Origin: an uncultured Archangiaceae bacterium
GTDB taxonomy: Bacteria; Myxococcota; Myxococcia; Myxococcales; Myxococcaceae
Reading direction: 5' to 3'
DNA length: 32,237 bases
Assembly: GCA_965651385.1 (NCBI GenBank)
Contig: CBFGSI010000086.1
Location: 1-32,237, forward strand
Shown in pieces: positions 1-7,850 of the stretch. The translations under genes were made by a program, and so were the position numbers. Position 1 is the first letter of the stretch. Each line of letters starts with the position of its first letter. The notes below the pieces were generated by a model. That model searched no databases. It saw only the letters and a program-made list of their open reading frames with translations, and had not been told where the DNA came from.

Positions 1-502
1 CCACCACCCGCTCCCCTCGGGAGACCAGTCGCTGCGAACGGTTGGCCGGGTTGCCGCACACCACGCAGATGGCCAGCTCCTTCGTCACGTACTCGGCCAC
101 CGCCAGGAGCTGCGGCATCGGCTCGAAGGGGCGCCCCTGGTAGTCCTGATCCAGCCCCGCGCAGATGACGCGCAGCCCTTGCTGTGCCAGCGCCTCGCAC
201 ACCTGCACCACCTCCGGCCCGAAGAATTGCACCTCGTCGATACCGACCACCTGTGTCTCATCCGATAGGTGGTAGAAAATTTCTTCAGCCCGCTCGATGG
301 GGATGGACGTCAACTTCACCTGGGAGTGGCTCACCACCTGCGCCTCGTCGTACCGGGCATCCAGCTTCGGCTTGAAGACCTGGACTCGCTGCTTGCCGTA
401 CATCGCGCGCTTCACGCGGCGGATCAGCTCCTCCGTCTTGCCGGAGAACATCGATCCGCAGATGACCTCTATCCACCCGATATCTTTGGGGAATTGGTGC
501 AC
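1..502 (-). CDS. tdk: Thymidine kinase, 3' end truncated by window edge
   Basis: Reverse-strand translation gives VHQFPKDIGWIEVICGSMFSGKTEELIRRVKRAMYGKQRVQVFKPKLDARYDEAQVVSHSQ..., matching the TK N-terminal P-loop (GxxxxICGPMFSGKS/T) and downstream TK motifs. The only in-frame start is a GTG at 500-502, with a stop 17 codons upstream. The ORF runs off the window at position 1. Confidence 0.85.
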   Translation of the reverse strand, partial: MHQFPKDIGWIEVICGSMFSGKTEELIRRVKRAMYGKQRVQVFKPKLDARYDEAQVVSHSQVKLTSIPIERAEEIFYHLSDETQVVGIDEVQFFGPEVVQVCEALAQQGLRVICAGLDQDYQGRPFEPMPQLLAVAEYVTKELAICVVCGNPANRSQRLVSRGERVV

Positions 503-670
503 GAGCGGCTCTCGTTCCTCGGGGGCGGGAGGGCGCGCGGATACTCGGTCACGCTCCCCATGGAGTCAATGCTCGCGTGCGCCCGCCCGCCTGCCCCAGC
601 CAGCCCTCGCCGCGTTGGCAAGGGACTTGAATAGGACTGGGCCCCAGGAGTCTTTCGGGGGAGGCGACGG

Positions 671-1024
671 GTGGCGGCGACGGTACAGCAGGCGGAGCGG
701 TGTCTGTGGCCGGTTTTGGGGTCTTTCTATGTTTCTCCGGCGTCGGTGGCGTTGCTGGTGCTCAACCTGCTGGATGGGCTCTTCACGCTCACTTTTCTCC
801 AGTTGGAGGTGGCCGAGGAGCTCAACCCGTTGATGAGGGCAGCCTATGAGCACTCGCCTCTGCTCTTCATGGGCTCCAAGCTCCTCATCGTCAGCGCGGG
901 CCTGGGACTGCTGTGCCTGCACCGCGCCCTGCACGCCAGCCGCCTGGCCATCCGCGCCGGCGCCCTCATCTACGCGGCCATCAACCTGTACCACCTGGCT
1001 TTCCTGGCCCATCTGGTGTGCTAG
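671..1024 (+). CDS. Small membrane protein, DUF5658-like (LNLLDxxxTxxL...ELNPLM signature)
   Basis: 117-aa ORF with two or three hydrophobic helices and an LNLLDGLFTLTFLQLEVAEELNPLM motif. GC3 is high in the distal two thirds. The first ~25 codons use low-GC3 codons, so the true start (GTG/TTG) may lie further downstream. Confidence 0.5.
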   Translation: MAATVQQAERCLWPVLGSFYVSPASVALLVLNLLDGLFTLTFLQLEVAEELNPLMRAAYEHSPLLFMGSKLLIVSAGLGLLCLHRALHASRLAIRAGALIYAAINLYHLAFLAHLVC

Positions 1025-1143
1025 CCCCCCTACCTCGTCTGACAGACGTACAACGTCCTGTGCGAGAGGGACTTGCATTTTCGGGTCGCTCTGACCCACG
1101 CTTCCCGCCAACACCGCTCTTTCGGGTTCTGGTGGGGGGCCAC

Positions 1144-1443
1144 ATGAACATCACCGACGTCAGGGTGTTTCCGGTCGCGGAGGACAAGTTGAAGGCCTAC
1201 GTGACCATCACCCTGGATCACTGCTTCGTCATCCGCGATCTCAAGGTCATCCACGGTGCCTCCGGGCTCTTCATCGCGATGCCGGCGAAGAAGCGCAAGG
1301 ACGGGACCTACAAGGACATCGCCCACCCGCTCAACGCCGACACGCGCAGTGAGATGGAGCGGGTGATCCTCTCGGAGTACGAGCGTCAGATGCAAAGCGC
1401 CCCCCTGGTCGGCAATACCCTGCTGGTGGCCGAGGCCGACTAA
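1144..1443 (+). CDS. spoVG: Septation protein SpoVG
   Basis: MNITDVRVFPVAEDKLKAYVTITLDHCFVIRDLKVIHGASGLFIAMPAKKRKDGTYKDIAHPLN is a near-canonical SpoVG sequence. The internal ATG sits at offset 78 of track ORF 913..1443. The upstream part of that ORF is Pro/Arg-rich noise. Confidence 0.9.
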   Translation: MNITDVRVFPVAEDKLKAYVTITLDHCFVIRDLKVIHGASGLFIAMPAKKRKDGTYKDIAHPLNADTRSEMERVILSEYERQMQSAPLVGNTLLVAEAD

Positions 1444-1524
1444 GAGCCTGTTGCAAAATTACCGCCCTCGACACTTCCCCCCTCGGGGAGGATCCTCGTA
1501 GGCTTAATTCTGCAACAGGCTCTA
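1444..1524. repeat. Compound inverted repeat / stem-loop between spoVG and prs (possible terminator or protein-binding element)
   Basis: GAGCCTGTTGCAAAATT (1444-1460) is the near-perfect reverse complement of AATTCTGCAACAGGCTC (1506-1522), 16/17 matches, extendable to about 19/21 with flanks. The 45-nt spacer contains a CCCC-TC-GGGG mini-hairpin. The arms are AT-rich compared with the surrounding DNA. Confidence 0.55.
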
Positions 1525-1567
1525 AGGCGCTTCCCTTGCGGGCGCGGGCACGCTAGTAGCGGCGCAC

Positions 1568-2521
1568 ATGCAGCACACGCGCGACTTCAAGGTGTTCACG
1601 GGCAGCTCCAACCCGGGGCTGGCCCATCGGATCTGCGACTACCTCAAGCGCCCCTTGGGCAAGGCCCAGGTGGGGCGCTTCTCGGATGGAGAGATCCAGG
1701 TCGAGATCGGCGAGAACGTGCGCGGGCAGGACGTGTTCATCATCCAGTCCACGTGCCCGCCGGCCAATGATCACCTGATGGAGCTGCTCATCTTCTGCGA
1801 CGCGCTGAAGCGGGCGAGCGCCGGCTCCATCAACGCCGTGATTCCCTACTACGGCTACGGGCGGCAGGACCGGAAGGTGGCCCCGCGCACGCCCATCACC
1901 GCCAAGTTGATCGCGGACCTGCTGGAGGTGGCCGGGGCCTCGCGCGTGGTGTCCATGGACATGCACGCCGGACAGATCCAGGGCTTCTTCAACATCCCCT
2001 CGGATCACCTGTACGGCTCGCCGGTGTTCCTGGAGGACATGCGCAAGCGCTTCGTCAACCCGCAGGAGCTGATCCTCGTATCGCCGGACGCGGGGGGCGT
2101 GGAGCGCGCGCGGGCTTACTCCAAGCGGTTGGGCACGGGGCTGGCGATCATCGACAAGCGGCGCCCGCGGCCCAACGCCTCGGAGGTGCTGAACCTGATC
2201 GGAGATGTGACGGGCAAGGACGCGGTGCTAGTGGACGACATGGTGGACACCGCCGGCACACTGACGCAGGCAGCCGCCGCGCTGAAGGACAAGGGGGCGC
2301 GCCGGGTGTTCGCCTATGCCGTGCACCCCATCCTCTCCGGGCCGGCCATCCAGCGCATCCAGGACTCGGTGCTGGAGGAGGTGGTGTTCACGGATACGGT
2401 CCCCCTGGCGCCCTCCGCGCAAGCGTGCTCCAAGCTCCGGGTGCTCACCACGGAGCGGCTCTTCGGCGAGGCCATTGCCCGCATCCACCAGGCCGACTCG
2501 CTCAGCTCCCTGTTCGTCTAG
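1568..2521 (+). CDS. prs: Ribose-phosphate pyrophosphokinase (PRPP synthetase)
   Basis: 317 aa with KVFTGSSNP...RQDRK...DLHAGQIQGFF...VSPDAGGVERAR...VDDMVDTAGT motifs, and a full-length match. spoVG-prs-ctc-pth synteny is conserved. Confidence 0.95.
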   Translation: MQHTRDFKVFTGSSNPGLAHRICDYLKRPLGKAQVGRFSDGEIQVEIGENVRGQDVFIIQSTCPPANDHLMELLIFCDALKRASAGSINAVIPYYGYGRQDRKVAPRTPITAKLIADLLEVAGASRVVSMDMHAGQIQGFFNIPSDHLYGSPVFLEDMRKRFVNPQELILVSPDAGGVERARAYSKRLGTGLAIIDKRRPRPNASEVLNLIGDVTGKDAVLVDDMVDTAGTLTQAAAALKDKGARRVFAYAVHPILSGPAIQRIQDSVLEEVVFTDTVPLAPSAQACSKLRVLTTERLFGEAIARIHQADSLSSLFV

Positions 2522-2692
2522 GCGCGCGCCTGGCGGGCGGGCCGCTTGACTCCGGGCCCGCACGCTGGCATGTGCCACCCCTCTCCGCCGGCACCTGAAA
2601 GGGCGCCGTCTTCGGGGCCCACCATCGGGGTGGGATGCCGAGGGCGCCAGGCCGCTGACGGAGCCTCGCAGTCCCCTCAGAGAGGTACCCGC

Positions 2693-3370
2693 ATGTCCGT
2701 CGATACGAGCACCCTGGAAGCGAAGGTCCGTGATGGCGCCGGCAAGGGCGCGGCCCGCAAGCTGCGCGCCCAGGGCCTGATCCCCGCGGTCGTCTATGGC
2801 AAGCACCTGGACAAGCCGCTGCACGTGGCCGTGGATCCGAAGAGCGTGCGCAAGGCCATCAACACCCCGCACAAGTTCAACACCCTCATCTCGCTGAAGA
2901 TGGACGGCGCCGGCCGGCAGGTCCTGCTGAAGGACTACCAGATGGATCCGGTCACCCGCGACATCCTCCACGCGGACTTCATCGACGTGCGTGAGAACGA
3001 GCAGGTGAAGGTGAACGTGCCGCTGGTGCTCTCGGGCAAGGCCCAGGGCGTGGCCGAAGGCGGCCTGCTGACGCAGGCCCGCCGCGAGATCGAGGTCTGG
3101 GCGCTGCCGCAGGCCATCCCGGAGAAGATCGAGGTGGATGTCACCCACCTGAAGATCGCCCAGGCGCTGCACATCAATGACGTCAAGCTGCCCGAGGGTG
3201 TCTCGGTGAAGACGAACGTCAACTTCACGCTGGCCGTGGTCACCGCTCCCGATCGCGACGAGACGCCGGCTGCTGCCGCTGCTGCTGCGGCTCCCGCGGC
3301 GGCCAAGGGCGATGCCAAGGGCGGCGATGCCAAGACGGGCGCCGCGGCCAAGGCCCCGGCGAAGAAGTAA
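2693..3370 (+). CDS. rplY: 50S ribosomal protein L25 / general stress protein Ctc, with C-terminal Ala/Lys-rich tail
   Basis: MSVDTSTLEAKVRDGAGKGAARKLRAQGLIPAVVYGK... is the L25/Ctc N-domain. The ATG is preceded by a GAGAGG Shine-Dalgarno. The C-terminal ~40 aa are a PAAAAAAAAPAAAKGDAKGGDAKTGAAAKAPAKK low-complexity tail. The longer track ORF (2546..) upstream is non-L25 sequence. Confidence 0.9.
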   Translation: MSVDTSTLEAKVRDGAGKGAARKLRAQGLIPAVVYGKHLDKPLHVAVDPKSVRKAINTPHKFNTLISLKMDGAGRQVLLKDYQMDPVTRDILHADFIDVRENEQVKVNVPLVLSGKAQGVAEGGLLTQARREIEVWALPQAIPEKIEVDVTHLKIAQALHINDVKLPEGVSVKTNVNFTLAVVTAPDRDETPAAAAAAAAPAAAKGDAKGGDAKTGAAAKAPAKK

Positions 3371-3439
3371 CCCTCACCCGGTTCGTCCGGAGCGGGGCTG
3401 GCCTCATGGGGCCGGCCCCGTTTGCGTTGGGAGCCTCCC

Positions 3440-4015
3440 ATGAAGCTCATCTGCGGGCTGGGCAACCCCGGGCGCGAGTACGAGCGCCACCGGCACAACA
3501 TCGGCTTCATGCTCGTGGAGGCGCTGCTCCCCCGAGCGCGGGCCGAGCTCCATCAGGAGAAGTTCCAGGCGCGCGTGGGCCAGGGCACCCTGGGCGGCGA
3601 GCGCGTGCTCTTCCTGGAGCCGCAGACCTACATGAACCTGTCCGGCCGCTCGCTGGCCGAGGCCGCGCGCTTCTACAAGGTGGGGCTGGAGGACATCCTC
3701 GTCGTCCACGACGAGCTGGATCTGCCCTTCGGCCGGCTCCAGCTCAAGGCCGGGGGCGGCACGGGCGGCCACAACGGGCTCAAGAGCGCAGTGCAATGCC
3801 TGGGCGCGGACGGCTTCATCCGCCTGCGCTTCGGCATCGGCAAGCCCGAAGGGCCCAACGCCAAGGAGCGCGTGGCCGGCTATGTCCTCTCGAACTTCGA
3901 TGACGGGGAGCGGCGCCAGCTCGAGGAGCTCATCGGCCGGGCCGCGGACATGGCGGAGACGTGGGTGCGCGACGGGCTGGCCACGGCAATGAACCGCTTC
4001 AACCGCCGGGCCTGA
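3440..4015 (+). CDS. pth: Peptidyl-tRNA hydrolase
   Basis: [24 protein letters not shown]...NLSGRS...[29 protein letters not shown] are classic Pth motifs. GGGAG lies about 8 nt upstream of the ATG. Confidence 0.9.
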   Translation: MKLICGLGNPGREYERHRHNIGFMLVEALLPRARAELHQEKFQARVGQGTLGGERVLFLEPQTYMNLSGRSLAEAARFYKVGLEDILVVHDELDLPFGRLQLKAGGGTGGHNGLKSAVQCLGADGFIRLRFGIGKPEGPNAKERVAGYVLSNFDDGERRQLEELIGRAADMAETWVRDGLATAMNRFNRRA

Positions 4016-4051
4016 GCCCCCGGCGGGCCGACGGCCAGGCCGGCTCCCGCC

Positions 4052-4080
4052 TTGACTTGAGGGGAGGCCCCCCGTAGAAG
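4052..4080 (+). promoter_or_regulatory. Putative sigma70-like promoter in the 255-nt pth-rpsF leader region
   Basis: TTGACT, then a 17-nt spacer, then TAGAAG, within the long GC-rich intergenic region ahead of rpsF-rpsR-rplI. This is a sequence match only, and the coordinates are approximate. Confidence 0.3.
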
Positions 4081-4270
4081 GCCCCTTCCCTTCCGCCCCA
4101 GGTGGGAGGGGATGTTCTTTTCCATCTTCCCGTGTTCCGCACGGGACGAAGCGCGAAGGTGACGGGCGCGCAGGCTTCCCGTCCCCGGCGGACGGCCTTC
4201 TCGGGTCGGACGACCGTTTCCCCGCTCCCTGGATAGGCCAGGGGGCACTCAACCCCGAGGGGAGAGAAAC

Positions 4271-4744
4271 ATGGCTGAGACACAGGCCGCGAAGCGGCTT
4301 CGTGAGTACGAGACCATCTTCCTGGTCAAGCCGGAGCTCACCGACGACAACGTGGACCGCCTCAAGGAGCGCGTGCGCGGCATCGTCAACCGTGAGGGCG
4401 GCAAGCTGATCCGCTTCACGGTGTGGGGCAAGAAGAAGACGCTGTACCCGGTGGCCAAGCAGCCCCGCGCCATCTACGTGCACACCCACTACCTGGGTGA
4501 CGCGAAGATGGTGGCCGAGGTGGAGCGCAACCTGCGCAACATCGATGACGTGACGCGCTACCTGTCCGTGAAGCTGGCCGACGAGGTGGATCCCGAGTCC
4601 CGGCCGGTGCTCGAGGACGTGAAGCTGGCGGGCGATGTCGAGGAGACCCGTCCGGGCGTCCCCGAGCGTGAGGCGGGTGGCTTCCGCAGCGAGACGCCCG
4701 AAGAGGCCAGCGATTCGGAGGAGGAGGGCACCGAGGAGGCTTAA
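4271..4744 (+). CDS. rpsF: 30S ribosomal protein S6 with acidic C-terminal extension
   Basis: YETIFLVKPELTDDNVDRLKERVRGIVNREGGKLIRFTVWGKKKTLYP... is the S6 fold sequence. The SD is GAGGGGAGAGAAAC-ATG. The C-terminus is Glu/Asp/Ser-rich. Confidence 0.9.
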   Translation: MAETQAAKRLREYETIFLVKPELTDDNVDRLKERVRGIVNREGGKLIRFTVWGKKKTLYPVAKQPRAIYVHTHYLGDAKMVAEVERNLRNIDDVTRYLSVKLADEVDPESRPVLEDVKLAGDVEETRPGVPEREAGGFRSETPEEASDSEEEGTEEA

Positions 4745-4789
4745 CCGCCTCCCGGACTTCCACGAACCCTTTCGAGGACGAGAAAGCTC

Positions 4790-5164
4790 ATGAACGGTAC
4801 GGATAACAAGATGGCGCCCACGGGTGGCGCGCGCGCTGGCGGTGGGACGGGCGGCGGAGGCCGCGGCGGCTATGGGGCTGATCGCGGCGGTGATCGCGGT
4901 GGTGACCGCGGCGGCGGTATGGACGATGACAAGCGCGGCGGGCGCGGCTTTGGCCGCAAGAAGGTCTGCCGCTTCTGCGCCGAGAAGAACACCCAGGTGG
5001 ACTTCAAGGATCAGGCGACGCTGAAGTACTTCGTCACGGAGCGCGGGAAGATCATCCCCCGCCGCATCTCCGGCAACTGCGCGAAGCACCAGCGCGAGGT
5101 GGCGGTGGCCATCAAGCGCGCGCGTGGCCTGGCGCTCCTCCCCTACAACGCGATGGTGGGCTAG
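4790..5164 (+). CDS. rpsR: 30S ribosomal protein S18 with about 55-aa N-terminal Gly/Arg/Asp-rich (DRGG-repeat) extension
   Basis: The C-terminal 65 aa, [62 protein letters not shown], are canonical S18. The N-terminus is [47 protein letters not shown], and the DNA shows direct GGTGATCGCGGTGGTGACCGCGGCGGC repeats. Confidence 0.85.
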   Translation: MNGTDNKMAPTGGARAGGGTGGGGRGGYGADRGGDRGGDRGGGMDDDKRGGRGFGRKKVCRFCAEKNTQVDFKDQATLKYFVTERGKIIPRRISGNCAKHQREVAVAIKRARGLALLPYNAMVG

Positions 5165-5193
5165 CGCCCCGTCCGAGACTTCGGAGACAGCAC

Positions 5194-5637
5194 ATGAAGG
5201 TCATTCTTCGAGAGGACATCGACGGCCTCGGCAAGTCCGGGGAGTTGGTCACCGTCAAGGACGGCTTCGGCCGCAACTACCTGCTGCCACGCAAGAAGGC
5301 GGTGCTGGCCAACGAGCAGAACATCCGCCAGTTGGAGCACGAGAAGGCGGTCATCTCCGCGCGCAACGCCAAGCTGAAGGGCGCCGCCGAGGAGCTGGCG
5401 AAGAAGGTGGGTTCGCTGCAGGTCACCATCAAGCGCAAGGTGGGCGAGCAGGACAAGCTGTTCGGCTCCGTCACGGCGCTGGACATCGCCGAGGCGCTGG
5501 CGGCCCAGGGCCAGCAGGTGGATCGGCGTGGCCTGCACCTGCCCGAGCCCATCAAGACGGTGGGGCAGCACGAGGTGGAGCTGCGGCTGCACCGCGAGGT
5601 GACGGCGAAGATCAAGGTCGAGGTCGTCCCCGAGTAG
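5194..5637 (+). CDS. rplI: 50S ribosomal protein L9
   Basis: MKVILREDIDGLGKSGELVTVKDGFGRNYLLPRKKAV... gives a full-length L9. Confidence 0.9.
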   Translation: MKVILREDIDGLGKSGELVTVKDGFGRNYLLPRKKAVLANEQNIRQLEHEKAVISARNAKLKGAAEELAKKVGSLQVTIKRKVGEQDKLFGSVTALDIAEALAAQGQQVDRRGLHLPEPIKTVGQHEVELRLHREVTAKIKVEVVPE

Positions 5638-5731
5638 TCCCCTACCCCGCATGACGCACAGGGCCGTCCGGGCGAGCGTCCGGGCGGCCCTCTTCTTTTG
5701 TCGGACCGGCAAGTACACTGTGCCTCGAGCC

Positions 5732-7105
5732 ATGTCGAACCTCCTCGATGGTCGTGAAGGCCGGCGGATCCACGAGGATCTCGCCGCTGAGCGCGCGGTG
5801 CTGGGCGCCGTGCTGGCCGACAACACGTTGATCGCCAGTGTGGCGGAGGTCGTCGCGGCGGACGACTTCTCCAGCCCGGCACATGCGGCCATCTTCCAGG
5901 CGATGATCAAGCTGGACTCCACCCAGCGCCAGGTGGACCACCTGACGCTCTCGGAGGAGCTGAAGGTGATGGGGCACCTGGCCTCGGTGGGCGGCCCCGC
6001 CTACCTGATGGCGCTGGATCAGGGCGTGCCGCTGGCGCACAACGCGGTGCAGTACGCCAACATCGTCAAGGATCAGGCCCTGCGGCGCCGGCTGGTGGCC
6101 GTGGGGCGCGAGATCGTCGAGATGGCCAGCCAGGAGACGGGGGACGTCGAGGTCATCCTCGACGAGTCCGAGCGCCGGCTCTTCCAACTGGCCGAGAATC
6201 GCCGCGAGGGCGATCTCCGGTCCGTCAGCGAGCTGATGGAGCAGACGCTGGATCTGCTCGACAAGATGAAGGCCTCGTCCTCGGGAGTGACGGGCCTGTC
6301 CACCGGGTATGTGGATCTGGACATGCAGTTGACGGGCCTGCACCCGGGCGAGCTCATCATCCTCGCGGCGCGCCCGGGTGTCGGGAAGACATCGCTGGCG
6401 ATGAACATGGCGATGCACGTGGCCCTCAAAGAGGAGAAGGCCGTGGCCATCTTCAGCCTGGAGATGCCGGCCGATCAGTTGCTGATGCGCCTGCTGGCCT
6501 CCAGCGCGCGCGTGGACATGAAGAAGTTGCGCGGCGGCCGGCTCACGGCGAATGACGAGGAGAAGTTCCAGGAGATGGCAGGCGCGCTCTACAACGCGCC
6601 CATCTACATCGACGACTCGGGCGGCCTGTCTCCCTTCGATCTGCGCGCGAAGGCGCGGCGGCTCAAGCAGAAGGACCCGCGGCTGTCGCTGATCGTCATC
6701 GACTACCTGCAGCTCATGCACCAGAAGGGCAAGGTAGAGAGCCGTCAGCTCGAGGTGAGCGAGATCTCCCGCAGCCTCAAGCAACTGGCCAAGGAGCTGG
6801 AGGTGCCGGTGATCGCCCTGAGCCAGCTCAACCGCAAGGTGGAGGAGCGCAAGGGCGGCACGCCCATGCTCAGCGATCTGCGCGAGTCGGGCTCCATCGA
6901 GCAGGACGCGGACGTGGTGATGTTCATCCACCGCGAGGATCAGGACGAGGGCGCGGATGGGTCGGAGGGGGAGCGCTCGCGCTCCGTCATCCCCATGGAG
7001 CTGATCATCGCCAAGCAGCGCAATGGCCCCGTGGGCTCCATCGATCTGATCTTCCTCTCGGAGTTCACGCGCTTCGAGAGCCGCGCCCGCGGCGACTTCC
7101 AGTAG
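5732..7105 (+). CDS. dnaB: Replicative DNA helicase DnaB
   Basis: ERAVLGAVLAD (N-terminal domain), GLHPGELIILAARPGVGKTSLAMN (Walker A), IVIDYLQLM, and SQLNRKVEERKG...SDLRESGSIEQDADVVMFIHR (RecA-like motifs) are present. No intein. The start is ambiguous between ATG 5732 (MSNLLDG, 458 aa) and ATG 5651 (484 aa). Neither has a strong SD. Confidence 0.9.
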   Translation: MSNLLDGREGRRIHEDLAAERAVLGAVLADNTLIASVAEVVAADDFSSPAHAAIFQAMIKLDSTQRQVDHLTLSEELKVMGHLASVGGPAYLMALDQGVPLAHNAVQYANIVKDQALRRRLVAVGREIVEMASQETGDVEVILDESERRLFQLAENRREGDLRSVSELMEQTLDLLDKMKASSSGVTGLSTGYVDLDMQLTGLHPGELIILAARPGVGKTSLAMNMAMHVALKEEKAVAIFSLEMPADQLLMRLLASSARVDMKKLRGGRLTANDEEKFQEMAGALYNAPIYIDDSGGLSPFDLRAKARRLKQKDPRLSLIVIDYLQLMHQKGKVESRQLEVSEISRSLKQLAKELEVPVIALSQLNRKVEERKGGTPMLSDLRESGSIEQDADVVMFIHREDQDEGADGSEGERSRSVIPMELIIAKQRNGPVGSIDLIFLSEFTRFESRARGDFQ

Positions 7106-7850
7106 GCGCTAGCCTCTGGGCAGCGCGCAGATAGGTGGCCACGTAGGCCTTGGCCCGGCGCGCGGCGGCCTCCACTGAGCGCCCTCGGCCCAGCTCCACC
7201 GCCAGCGCCGAGGCCAGCCGGCAGCCCGTGCCCCGGTGCTCCGGCGAGCGAGGCACTCGTGGGCCCGTGAGGAGCCGCGTCTGGTCCGGGAGGCACAGCA
7301 CGTCCACCGCGCCTTGCTCACGGTGTCCTCCCTTCACGAGCACCGCCCCGAAGCCACACGCCACGAGCGCCCTGCCCGCCTCCTCCGCCTCCTCTACCGT
7401 GCGCACTGACGGGAGCCCGAGCAGCCACGCGGCCTCGTCCAGGTTGGGTGTCAGCACCACCCGAGGCCCTGCCTGCGCGAGGAAGTCGCGGGGCGACAGG
7501 CGAGAGAGGCGCTCGCCTCGAGAGGTCTGGACGACGGGATCGACTATCCACCAGGCGTCCAAGCGGGCCAGGGCTTCGCGAAGCGCCGTGAGGCGCGCTC
7601 GATCCGGCACCATGCCCAGCTTCACCGAGTGCACGGGCCCCAGCTCGCGCGTCGCGGCCACCTGGGCCCGCAGCAGGCGCGCGAAGGCGGCCTGCATCCG
7701 AAAGGTGGTGGTGCCCTGAGCCGTCTGCGCCGTGGGCACGGCCACGGGGACCCCGCCCAGGGCCCATACGGTGGCGACATCCGCCAGGAGCCCCGCACGG
7801 CCAGTGGGCTCATGGCCCGAGAGGAGCAGGATGCGAGGGGGCACGCTCAC
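7065..7850 (-). CDS. thiD: Hydroxymethylpyrimidine/phosphomethylpyrimidine kinase ThiD
   Basis: PfkB-family ThiD motifs (ILLLSGHEPTGRAGLLADV, VLVKGGH, and a DPV.. region). A GTG start overlaps the upstream gene's TGA (GTGA coupling). The 290-aa track ORF extends further into the upstream gene and is probably over-long. The 3' end overlaps the dnaB 3' end convergently by about 40 nt. Confidence 0.8.
   Translation of the reverse strand: MSVPPRILLLSGHEPTGRAGLLADVATVWALGGVPVAVPTAQTAQGTTTFRMQAAFARLLRAQVAATRELGPVHSVKLGMVPDRARLTALREALARLDAWWIVDPVVQTSRGERLSRLSPRDFLAQAGPRVVLTPNLDEAAWLLGLPSVRTVEEAEEAGRALVACGFGAVLVKGGHREQGAVDVLCLPDQTRLLTGPRVPRSPEHRGTGCRLASALAVELGRGRSVEAAARRAKAYVATYLRAAQRLAPTGSRRGRGSRSA

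Noticed and set aside
2546-2692. Upstream 49 codons of the rplY track ORF (MTPGPHAGMCHPSPPAPERA...)
   Set aside because: Not L25-like. The internal ATG at 2693 with a GAGAGG SD gives a canonical L25 N-terminus. The upstream part is intergenic.
3404-5089. 561-aa minus-strand ORF spanning pth, rpsF and rpsR
   Set aside because: It is an antisense shadow ORF typical of 70% GC DNA, since stop codons are rare on the opposite strand of GC3-rich genes. The translation is low-complexity Ala/Arg/Gly/Leu. The + strand genes have unambiguous ribosomal-protein and Pth homology.
5642-6931. 429-aa minus-strand ORF opposite dnaB
   Set aside because: Antisense shadow of dnaB with no recognisable domains.
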